Shown here: piece by piece, positions 7,017 to 15,344 of the stretch
How positions within the stretch are numbered: position 1 is the stretch's first letter
How the letters are laid out: every line of letters begins with the position of its first letter
Program-made: the position numbers and the translations under genes
From: Gemmatimonadota bacterium
Lineage (GTDB): Bacteria > Gemmatimonadota > Gemmatimonadetes > Gemmatimonadales > GWC2-71-9
Assembly (NCBI GenBank): GCA_036679605.1
Contig: JAZDCZ010000117.1
Span: 1-17,134, forward strand
DNA: 17,134 nucleotides
Reading direction: 5' to 3'
Notes under the pieces: model-generated
The model's input: only the letters and a program-made list of their open reading frames with translations
Told to the model about the DNA's origin: nothing
Database searches by the model: none

Positions 7017-10000
7017 ATGAAGCGAAGATCGGATGCCAGATTAGGCTGTGCGCTTGAAGTCTTGGGGCTTGTGCTGCTGCCGGCCGCAACCGCGCCCGCC
7101 CAGTCCGTGCTCTATGTAGACGACAGCGCCCAGCCAGGGGGAAACGGGCTTAATTGGGATAGCGCCTTCAACGATCTCCAAGATGCACTCTTCGAGGCAG
7201 CGGGTTTCAACTCGCCCGTGGAACAGATTTGGGTGGCCGCTGGCATATACCGTCCGTCCGTTCCACTCTTGCCTAGCGATTCCCGCACCGCAACCTTCTG
7301 GCTTTCTTTGCAGCTCTTCCCGAACGGCTTGACCCTCTATGGGGGTCTTGCGGGAAACGAGAATCCGGGCACGTTCAACCCAGATAACCGTGATTTCGCC
7401 ATGAATGAGACGATTCTCAGCGGGGATCTGGCAGGAAATGATTCCCCGGGATTCTACAACATGGAAGAGAATAGTTATCACGTCCTGCTGTTTGATAGTT
7501 TTTCCCAATCGGAGATCCTTCTGCTAGATGGCTTCACTATTACAGGAGGAAACGCCAACGGACCTGATAACAACAATTGGCCGTTTCCGCACAATGCTGG
7601 CGGAGGCATACTCTTCTATGGATCATTTCCTTCTTTCTTCTCGGGGTCTCTAACAGAAATCAGAAACTGTCGCATTGTTGCAAACCATTCTGGTTTCTTC
7701 AATATTGGCTCAGCAAACGTGTCCGGCTTTGGAGCAGGTATAGCGTGCCTAAACTCTGCCAATCCGGTCGTGCGCGACTCCCTAGTACAGGGAAATTTTG
7801 CGGAAACTTGGGGCTGGGAAAAGGGAGATGTCGCCTACGGTGGCGGTGTATACTGTAGCGCGAGCGCGCCGACGTTCGTCAACTGCCAGTTTCAGCAAAA
7901 CGAAGTCTTCAGTGACCTGTTTGATGACAAGGGCGGTGGTGTCGCGTGCATGAACTTTGCGCTGTGCGCGTTTGGTGATTGCCTATTGCAGAGCAATTCT
8001 GCCATGAAAGGTGACTCGGTCTATATTTCTGCAGATAGCTTTGGCGAGTTTGGTGGTGTCAATCTTGAGGGCGGCGCATGGGAGTTTTGCTACGAACCAA
8101 GCGACCCCAGTTCCTGTGCCTTGCTGGGCGGAATCGATGTGCGGGGAATTCAGTCGTTTTCGAACACATACCTCAGCGCGAGCGGTGGGATGCAACTTGG
8201 CGGTTGGTTGTCCGGTCAGAACATTATCGCGGACCAACTTACTATCACATCCGGCACCTATAAGCTCTCTGGTGAGCTCACGGGACCCGGAAAACTCTTT
8301 CTTACCAGCAATGCAGTGCTCGAAGCTGCAGGCGGCATTATTGGAAGCAACGTCGTGGGCACAGGCGACATTCAGATCGACGTTGACCAGGAACTGCGCG
8401 TCGAGAACGGCGCGATCGTCGAGCTCAGCGGACAGGAGCCAGTGGGCAGCTGCGCCGGCGGGTGCGTGGACCCTGCCAACAACAACTGGGGCACGATCAC
8501 GGTGGACGGATCGCTGGTCGTCAGCAACGCCACGGTTCGCAACACCAACATCGACGTCACGCTGGCGGAGTTTGAGGGCGCCACCGACATTATCAACAAC
8601 GACATCCGGCTGTTGGAAGCCAGCACGGGTTTTGGCGGCCAGTTCTTCGTGGCCGGCAGCAGCACCATCGAGTGCAACACCGTCGTCTCGGAGGGCGATC
8701 GCTACCTGGACCTCGACCCCGACCCGAGCATCCCGCTCGCGCAACGGCCGGTCATCTGCAACAACCGGTTCAGCGTGATCATCAAACAGGGGGTAGATAA
8801 CACGCAGGGCACGCTGCTGGAGTTGCGCAGCGAGGATCTGAACTGCAACCCGGACGTAGATAGCAACGGCTGCCCGTCAGGCGCATTCGAATTGTCCGGC
8901 GGCGATGGCTTCGACGTGGACATCAACAGGTGGGTCCTGGAGCAGTTGGAGGTCCTTGCAGACGCCAAGCTCAACCTGACCGACCGCCAAGGGTTCGAGT
9001 TCACCACCAACGGTGCGCCGGAAACGGTCTATGTGAAGGAGTTGATTCTTCATCCGGACGCGGTGTTGAACACGGCCTTGCAGCGGATGTACTACCAGAC
9101 CCTATCGATGGGTACAGAAGATCAGATCGTAGACATTCCACTATTGGGCTTCTCGCTGGGCATCATCGCGATGGAGGACGAGACGGAATTCGCCGTCCGA
9201 GTGCGCAAGCGCCTGCGTGACCCCGAGGACTCTCAACCCCAGAATCCCCCCTTCAAGGAGGGCTCGATCACCCGCGAAGAAGGCCTAGTTCCGGCAGCTT
9301 CGAACAATGGCGTCATGGATATGCGCACGCGCAGGTTACCTGATCTGGGAGAACCACCTCCATTATCCGCCAGCTCGGTGGCGGCCAAGGGGGCCTTTGC
9401 CAGAGCTGGTGACGAGAACATCCTCGTCGCGTTCGAGTACAAGTTCGTGGAGGATCCCGGCGGCGACGCGGAGTTGATCGTCTACCTCAGCGACGAGCCG
9501 GACGTGGGCGACAACCTGGTGGAGTTGGCGCGCGTCCGCCCGCCGGCAGATAACCGTCCCGGCTCACTGGGCAGTAGCAACGGGATGGCCGTCTTCCAGG
9601 GCACGTTCCCCCGTGGCCAGCTCAACTTCACCCGCGGCACGTACGTGGAGTTGGAGCTGCACGGCCAAGGCGCCCGGGTGTGGATCGACAACTGGGACCC
9701 CCAGATCGAATGCCTGAGTTGCGGCGACCTCAACGGCACAGCCACGCTGGACAACGGCGATCTTCTGATCCTCCTGTCGGAATACGGTCGAGACACCGTG
9801 AGCCATGGCGGAGGCGATACGGCGTACTGCCTGGATGTCGGGTTCAACAACGACGGCTACGTGGATCTGGGCGACCTGATGGCGTGGGACGCGATTCTCA
9901 GCGGGTCCCTCCAGGTGAATAACTTCTGTGACACGCCGTTCGGAGCTGGCCGGCAGGCTGCATCCACCAATGGAACCGTGACCTTGCCGCCGCCAGACTC

Positions 10001-11570
10001 GCTGTTCGTGGCGGGCAAGTCGGGAATAGGGGGAGATCAGGAGGATTTTCTGTACACGCTTGATATGACGGGCACAAATGGCGCATGTATCGGCCAACCT
10101 CAGTTCCCGGCCAGCAGCCCAGGGCCGGGCGGACATCGAGGCAACGGTCTGCTGACTAGGGATTCAGCAGGGGAAGTCTATCAGATACACGCCATTCAAG
10201 GGCTGATCCGTCTTTCAGACGGCGCGGCAGTCGTCCCCTCAGCCACCGCACTACCGGTCCAGAGCGACCCGGCGGTGACGGTCACCGTGGGGATCGCCGA
10301 ATCGGGAGGCGGGGATTACGCGGGTATGCCGCTTGGGGACGCGGCATTTGACCCGACAGATGACAGCGTGGTCTTCGTGGTACCCGTTCTGGTCAGCAGC
10401 AGCGGGTTCCGCTACCGGGCGGCGGCCAAGCTTCAGCTGCAAGGCGGCGGTACGTACGTGGTCGAGAGGCTCTACGGCAAGAACCCACACACCTACTCAA
10501 CGATTGAACCGGTAGAGGATCTTGGCGAACTGATTGGGTTCGTCTACGAGCCCGACCGGCAACGGCTGCGAGAGATCGAGGTGGACGCGGAGGGCAAGGT
10601 CTACGTGACCAGTGCCCAGGAGGTCGGCGAGAATGACTGGGTGCTGGTGTATGACGAGGCACTGGGCAACTCGTCGGAGCGTGCGATCGACATCAGCGAC
10701 GAGGTGGCAGGACCGACATCCCTGTTGGTGTCCACGGTCGACGACAAGCTCTATCTCTCCTCGTCGGTGAATGCGACCAGTAGCGGCCTGACGCGGGTCT
10801 ATCGTTACAGCATTGACCGGGGTGCGGGCAACGCACCGGATCTGACGTTGGATGGTCACCTGGCCATCGACAATCCCACGACGAACGGGTTCAACAACTG
10901 CGACAATGGTCCTTGTGGTCACGTGGCTTCGGTGACTTCCATCCAAGAGGATCCGAACGACGGGACGTTGTACGTCGTCGGCTTCACGGCGCCGAAGGTT
11001 GCTGACGATCTTCCGGTCAATGATCCGCTCTACGGTGAGCTCTTCGGAACCGAATCGTCGATGCTGGCGACGCCGACGCTGGCGGTGATTCCGGCGAGCG
11101 TGAACGGGCCGGTGTTGCCGGGCGACAGCAATCCCGTGCCGGCGGCGCCGATTGACTGCGACACCTTGTCGCTGCCCCTGTCGGCGGTGTTCGTGCCCGG
11201 CATCGGCATCTCCGGCGACTGCGACGGCGATGGCGATGTCGACGCAGCCGATTACGCATGCTTCGTCAACTGCTTGGCCGGACCCGCTGTCATCGTTGCG
11301 TCGGCCTGTGCGTCATTCGACTTCGACGGCGACCAAGATGTCGACCTCAGGGACTTCGCAGCATTCACGGTTATTGACGCATCTCCCGTTCCCGGCGACT
11401 GCGATCATGATGGCGACGTGGATGCGGAGGACATCGGCTGCTTCGTGGGGTGCTTAGCTGGTCCGAACCAAGATTCGGCCGCCGGGTGCGCATCCATCGA
11501 CTTCGATGGGGACAACGACGTTGACCTCGCAGACTTTGCCGCATTCCAGGCCGCATTCTCCGGGGTGTAG
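7017..11570 (+). CDS. Large secreted multidomain protein (pectin-lyase-like right-handed beta-helix N-terminus, internal dockerin/EF-hand-like pair, probable beta-propeller region, two C-terminal dockerin-like domains)
   Basis: 1517 aa with a signal peptide ending APA|Q. Beta-helix cap YVDDSA.GGNG.NW..AF.DLQ.AL...IWVAAG.Y.P...LYGG.AG.E...TILSGDL.GND and GGG[IV] beta-helix repeats. Internal GDLNG..LDNGDL / FNNDGYVDLGDL pair. C-terminal GDCD.DGDVD..D..CF..CL.GP...C...DFDGD.DVDL.DFAAF occurs twice. Confidence 0.9.
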   Translation: MKRRSDARLGCALEVLGLVLLPAATAPAQSVLYVDDSAQPGGNGLNWDSAFNDLQDALFEAAGFNSPVEQIWVAAGIYRPSVPLLPSDSRTATFWLSLQLFPNGLTLYGGLAGNENPGTFNPDNRDFAMNETILSGDLAGNDSPGFYNMEENSYHVLLFDSFSQSEILLLDGFTITGGNANGPDNNNWPFPHNAGGGILFYGSFPSFFSGSLTEIRNCRIVANHSGFFNIGSANVSGFGAGIACLNSANPVVRDSLVQGNFAETWGWEKGDVAYGGGVYCSASAPTFVNCQFQQNEVFSDLFDDKGGGVACMNFALCAFGDCLLQSNSAMKGDSVYISADSFGEFGGVNLEGGAWEFCYEPSDPSSCALLGGIDVRGIQSFSNTYLSASGGMQLGGWLSGQNIIADQLTITSGTYKLSGELTGPGKLFLTSNAVLEAAGGIIGSNVVGTGDIQIDVDQELRVENGAIVELSGQEPVGSCAGGCVDPANNNWGTITVDGSLVVSNATVRNTNIDVTLAEFEGATDIINNDIRLLEASTGFGGQFFVAGSSTIECNTVVSEGDRYLDLDPDPSIPLAQRPVICNNRFSVIIKQGVDNTQGTLLELRSEDLNCNPDVDSNGCPSGAFELSGGDGFDVDINRWVLEQLEVLADAKLNLTDRQGFEFTTNGAPETVYVKELILHPDAVLNTALQRMYYQTLSMGTEDQIVDIPLLGFSLGIIAMEDETEFAVRVRKRLRDPEDSQPQNPPFKEGSITREEGLVPAASNNGVMDMRTRRLPDLGEPPPLSASSVAAKGAFARAGDENILVAFEYKFVEDPGGDAELIVYLSDEPDVGDNLVELARVRPPADNRPGSLGSSNGMAVFQGTFPRGQLNFTRGTYVELELHGQGARVWIDNWDPQIECLSCGDLNGTATLDNGDLLILLSEYGRDTVSHGGGDTAYCLDVGFNNDGYVDLGDLMAWDAILSGSLQVNNFCDTPFGAGRQAASTNGTVTLPPPDSLFVAGKSGIGGDQEDFLYTLDMTGTNGACIGQPQFPASSPGPGGHRGNGLLTRDSAGEVYQIHAIQGLIRLSDGAAVVPSATALPVQSDPAVTVTVGIAESGGGDYAGMPLGDAAFDPTDDSVVFVVPVLVSSSGFRYRAAAKLQLQGGGTYVVERLYGKNPHTYSTIEPVEDLGELIGFVYEPDRQRLREIEVDAEGKVYVTSAQEVGENDWVLVYDEALGNSSERAIDISDEVAGPTSLLVSTVDDKLYLSSSVNATSSGLTRVYRYSIDRGAGNAPDLTLDGHLAIDNPTTNGFNNCDNGPCGHVASVTSIQEDPNDGTLYVVGFTAPKVADDLPVNDPLYGELFGTESSMLATPTLAVIPASVNGPVLPGDSNPVPAAPIDCDTLSLPLSAVFVPGIGISGDCDGDGDVDAADYACFVNCLAGPAVIVASACASFDFDGDQDVDLRDFAAFTVIDASPVPGDCDHDGDVDAEDIGCFVGCLAGPNQDSAAGCASIDFDGDNDVDLADFAAFQAAFSGV
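11214..11567 (+). repeat. Intragenic tandem duplication of a 60-aa dockerin-like (Ca-binding) domain
   Basis: GGCGACTGCGA starts at 11214 and at 11394 (180-nt period). Each unit has two DxDxDxDVD loops. Confidence 0.85.
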
Positions 11571-11782
11571 CAGACCTCCACCCGGGGCGGGTCCCGCTGC
11601 TCGCAGCGCGTTTCCCATGCAAGGTCGTGACAGGTTCGGACCGCTCAGGGCGAATGCTAGCTGTGGGCGTCCGTGTGGGCTTGTGCACTCCAAGACACGT
11701 TGAGCCGGCCAGGGCAGCGTAATGCACACCGCGAACGGCGATCCAACGGGGTTTTTGCGACGCGACGGACGTGTGCGATGGG

Positions 11783-11788
11783 TATAAT
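11783..11788 (+). promoter_or_regulatory. Possible -10 element upstream of the ECF sigma gene
   Basis: Perfect TATAAT about 55 nt before ATG 11844 in GC-rich DNA. No convincing -35 at 16-18 nt spacing. Confidence 0.4.
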
Positions 11789-11843
11789 AGCCCTATCAGG
11801 CCGACACATCGCGGAGTGGCCGCAGAGTCCTGGCGGCCAATGC

Positions 11844-12449
11844 ATGGAGACTATTGAGTTGCCCACCGTGACAAACACGTCGTTGCTGATGGGCCTTCGC
11901 GATGCACAAAACGATTGCGTGTGGACCGAGTTCTGCGCGCGTTACATACCGGTCCTGGAGTCCTTCGGGCGACGACGCGGACTCGGTGAGCATGATGCTG
12001 AAGACGCCGCACAGGAAACGCTTGCTGCCTTTGCAGAGGCATACCGCCAAGGCAAGTACGACCGGGACAGAGGAAGGCTGCGCACATGGTTATTGGCCAT
12101 CGCAAAGCACAGGATAGCGGATGCTTTCCGTAAGCGGGGCAAGCAAATCGCAAGAGGAGGCGATGCGGACACGACGGATTGGGTCGATGCGCTACCGGAC
12201 GAACACACGATGAGCTCCATGTGGGAGGCGGAGTGGCGCCGCGCCATCGTACGGCGATGCATGGAGGAGGTCCGTTGCGAGGTGCAACCCGTCACAATGC
12301 AGGCGTTCGAACTGTTTGCCTTGCGCGAATGGCCTGCGGAGAAAGTGGCGAACCATCTCGGAATCTCGGTGAATTCGGTTTTTCTGGCCAAGAGCCGCGT
12401 CCTCGCCCGGATGCGCAGGCTTGAACATCAACTCGAAGAGACTTGGTAG
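11844..12449 (+). CDS. ECF-type sigma-70 factor (kinase-associated planctomycete type)
   Basis: N-terminal TSLL.GLRD....W.EF...Y. Region 2 DAEDAAQE and GRLRTWLLAIA.H. Region 4 HTH AEKVANHLGISVNSVFLAKSRVLARMR. About 200 aa, directly upstream of a Ser/Thr kinase. Confidence 0.92.
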   Translation: METIELPTVTNTSLLMGLRDAQNDCVWTEFCARYIPVLESFGRRRGLGEHDAEDAAQETLAAFAEAYRQGKYDRDRGRLRTWLLAIAKHRIADAFRKRGKQIARGGDADTTDWVDALPDEHTMSSMWEAEWRRAIVRRCMEEVRCEVQPVTMQAFELFALREWPAEKVANHLGISVNSVFLAKSRVLARMRRLEHQLEETW

Positions 12450-12457
12450 GATTCCTC

Positions 12458-14173
12458 ATGACCGAGTGCCCGACGCCAACACAACTCGAGAAGCTCATCA
12501 ACGATGAACTTTCCGATGAGGAAGCCGAACGACTGGTAGCGCACATCGAGAGGTGCGACGCGTGCGGTCGGAACATTCGCGAACACCAAGCCAGCGAAGC
12601 ATACCTCAAGCGGGTCAAAGCCGCCCTGAACGAGGAAGATGGCCCATTGGGTCAGACAACCCGCTCCGCCAGCGCTACGCTGACGGCGGACGGTGCAGTT
12701 CCGCTGCGCAGTGCAACACCCGCCGTTCGAGCTGACAACATTCCGGGCTATGAGTTGCTGCGCGAGATCAGCCGCGGCGGACAAGGCGTAGTCTACGAGG
12801 CCGTGCAGGCCTCCACCAAGCGAACCGTCGCCATCAAGATGATGCTTCGGGGCCCATTCGCAGACGAAACCTCGCGCGCGCGATTCCAGCGCGAAGTAGA
12901 ACTGGTTGCGGCATTGAAACACCCGAACATCGTGGTTATCCACGACAGCGGCATCGCCCACGGCGGTCATTATTTTGTGATGGACCTGATTGATGGGCGT
13001 CGGCTTGACGAATACGCCAGATCTGCAAGCCGGTCCGTTCGTGAAGTCGTCGAACTGTTCACGCTGATCTGTAATGCCATCAGCTTTGCCCATCGCCACG
13101 GCGTGATACACCGTGATTTGAAGCCCTCCAACATTCTGGTGGGCGAAGAAGGAACGCCGTACGTGCTCGATTTCGGCCTGGCCAAATCCATTGCCGAAGA
13201 GGTGCACGCGGGTGAGCAGCAGCCGACGCTATCGGAACCGGGTCACATCATGGGAACGTTGCGGTACATGTCGCCAGAACAGACGCAGGGCGATCCCGCG
13301 GCGATCGACACCCGCACCGACGTCTACTCGCTCGGCGTGATCCTGTACGAACTATTGTCCGGGACAGCGCCTTACGAAACGAGAACGGACATCATGACGG
13401 CGCTGGCCAACATTCGTGAGGCTGTTCCGCCACGTCCTTCCAAGCACAACAGACGGATCAACTCCGAACTCGCCGCAATCATCCTGCACGCGATTGAGAA
13501 AGAACCGGATCGCCGTTATCAGTCGGCCGGCGAACTGGTCCAGGATCTCAATGCATGGCTGGAAGGAAAGACGGTGATCGCCAAGTCGTCCAGTTCACTC
13601 TATGTTATCCGCAAGATCGCTCAGCGCCATGCGCTTGTAACGACCGTGCTCAGTAGCGTGCTGCTCATCATCCTCAGTTTTTCGGCGATCGCCGGCGAGT
13701 TCTACCTGCGCGCCGAGTCCGCAGAGGAGCAAAGGGGTAAGAGCGATCTGGGCGCAACCCTCTCAGAGCTGAAGGCGGCAGGCTACCAGGAGGCGACCTT
13801 CACCGCGATTCGGCGGACGGCGCTGGGCTGGTTTCTTGCCGCCTGGCATGCGCAGCATTTCGAGGAAGCCCGTCGGTATCAGGTCACGGTACGCCAAGAC
13901 TCGCCGGAGTACCTGGCCATGGCGTTTCTGTTGGATGATACCTACACGGCTGAACAATTGCGCCGTGACTTACCGCGCGACGAAGCGCCGCTGGTCTACC
14001 TGGCCATCGGGGAACGGCATCTCCAGTCGGGTCAGACGGACGCCGCCAGGGAGTCACTGGAAGTGGCCTACGATATGGCCCGCGGCGATCTACTCATGCA
14101 GGCATTCATCGGAACCCGTTTGAAGGAGATTCGAGCCGCTATCGGCAACGGCACGGCAGGATCTGAGAGATAG
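12458..14173 (+). CDS. Membrane-anchored Hanks-type Ser/Thr protein kinase with N-terminal zinc-finger (ZAS/zf-HC2-like) and C-terminal helical (TPR-like) domain
   Basis: HIERCDAC (H-x3-C-x2-C). Kinase motifs [37 protein letters not shown] and [13 protein letters not shown]. Hydrophobic helix [22 protein letters not shown] and a TPR-like tail. Confidence 0.93.
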   Translation: MTECPTPTQLEKLINDELSDEEAERLVAHIERCDACGRNIREHQASEAYLKRVKAALNEEDGPLGQTTRSASATLTADGAVPLRSATPAVRADNIPGYELLREISRGGQGVVYEAVQASTKRTVAIKMMLRGPFADETSRARFQREVELVAALKHPNIVVIHDSGIAHGGHYFVMDLIDGRRLDEYARSASRSVREVVELFTLICNAISFAHRHGVIHRDLKPSNILVGEEGTPYVLDFGLAKSIAEEVHAGEQQPTLSEPGHIMGTLRYMSPEQTQGDPAAIDTRTDVYSLGVILYELLSGTAPYETRTDIMTALANIREAVPPRPSKHNRRINSELAAIILHAIEKEPDRRYQSAGELVQDLNAWLEGKTVIAKSSSSLYVIRKIAQRHALVTTVLSSVLLIILSFSAIAGEFYLRAESAEEQRGKSDLGATLSELKAAGYQEATFTAIRRTALGWFLAAWHAQHFEEARRYQVTVRQDSPEYLAMAFLLDDTYTAEQLRRDLPRDEAPLVYLAIGERHLQSGQTDAARESLEVAYDMARGDLLMQAFIGTRLKEIRAAIGNGTAGSER

Positions 14174-14175
14174 CG

Positions 14176-15000
14176 ATGCAGAGAGTCATGATGATTGCTG
14201 GAGGCATACCGACGGCTGAGCCCGCTGCTGGCAACCGCAAGCGGCACCGCCACGCATTCACGCTCGTTGAATTGCTGGTCGTGATTTCAATCATGGCCTT
14301 ACTCATCGCGATCCTGCTGCCCAGCCTGCGCACAGCTCGCGAACAGGCGAAACGGTTGGTGTGTCAAACAAATCTCCACCAGATTGCCATTGCCTGGCAA
14401 GCCTATCTGATGGAGAACCGCCAAGTCTTTCTCCAGGCAATCAATGCCAACATCAACTACGGTGGGCAACAAGGCAACCAGTCAGCCTTCCAGGGCCCCA
14501 AGCCGCTGAATCGCCAGATGGGCATCCCCGAGATCGTGGACAATGGCGCCGAGGTGTTCCGCTGCCCCAAGGATAGCGGGAGCAACGTTGTTCGTCCCTC
14601 TTCATTCGAGGTTCACGGTAACAGCTATCCCGCCAACCCCTTTCTCATCGGGCAGGATCAGACGAACTTTTGGCGGAACCGCCGGAACCCTTCCCGAGTC
14701 GTGCTCAAGAAGGTCAACGATCGCCTGCCCGACCTGATCCGTTCACGTGTTACGACCAGCGAATCCAGCTTGATCCTCTTCGGCGACTACGGCTGGATGC
14801 ACCACTGGAATTTCGACAGCAGCCAGCGAATCCAATGGCACAAGCGGCCCTGCCATTACAACTTGGCGTTTCTGGATGGCCACGTGGCGTTTACGAAGAT
14901 CCGCAAGAGCGTGCACGTGACGGCTGACTACGCGATCATCCCCTTTGAGGATTTATTGAAGGAAGCCGTGGCGCTGCAAGAAGAGGTATCCTGCGAATGA
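14176..15000 (+). CDS. Prepilin-type N-terminal cleavage/methylation domain protein (DUF1559-like, H-X9-DG-like motif), copy 2
   Basis: [29 protein letters not shown]....C.TNL pilin helix, FRCPKD, and [10 protein letters not shown]. Starts 2 nt after the kinase stop (the exact start ATG is uncertain). Confidence 0.9.
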   Translation: MQRVMMIAGGIPTAEPAAGNRKRHRHAFTLVELLVVISIMALLIAILLPSLRTAREQAKRLVCQTNLHQIAIAWQAYLMENRQVFLQAINANINYGGQQGNQSAFQGPKPLNRQMGIPEIVDNGAEVFRCPKDSGSNVVRPSSFEVHGNSYPANPFLIGQDQTNFWRNRRNPSRVVLKKVNDRLPDLIRSRVTTSESSLILFGDYGWMHHWNFDSSQRIQWHKRPCHYNLAFLDGHVAFTKIRKSVHVTADYAIIPFEDLLKEAVALQEEVSCE

Positions 15001-15344
15001 GGCGCCCAGAGGGCACCAAATCCGTCGATCGGGTCTTCAAAACGGCGATTCGTTCGGGTACAATGAGGGTCATCAGTCGGGCGGAACTTGGGCCGGCGGA
15101 AAACCTCCTTATGGGTGGTGGATGCAGCCCGGCCTGATGCACATCTTGCGAAGAGCTGATGATGAACCGCGTGAGGCACACGCAATTCAGATGGTTGGTC
15201 GTGTTTGCTGCTGGCTTCTTGGTGGCGCGTGCCGGCGCGTGGGCCCAGGACTGCAACGGCAATGGCGTGTTGGACTCCACGGATATCTCCGGCGGCACTA
15301 GTCAGGACTGCAACGGCAATGGCACGCCGGACGAGTGCGACATC
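14428..15344 (+). repeat. Long direct repeat, copy B
   Basis: Colinear with 5899-6815 at offset 8529. Confidence 0.95.
15036..15064 (+). promoter_or_regulatory. Putative sigma70 promoter (copy B)
   Basis: TTCAAA (15036-15041), a 17-nt spacer, then TACAAT (15059-15064). Confidence 0.6.

Noticed and set aside
6633..11570. Single frameshifted or read-through gene fusing the remnant to the 1517-aa ORF
   Set aside because: They share a frame, but two in-frame stops intervene, no G-tract length gives a fusion, and the 7017 protein has its own signal peptide.
11673..11843. N-terminal extension of the ECF ORF
   Set aside because: It has no sigma-like character and contains a TATAAT box. ECF similarity begins near ATG 11844.
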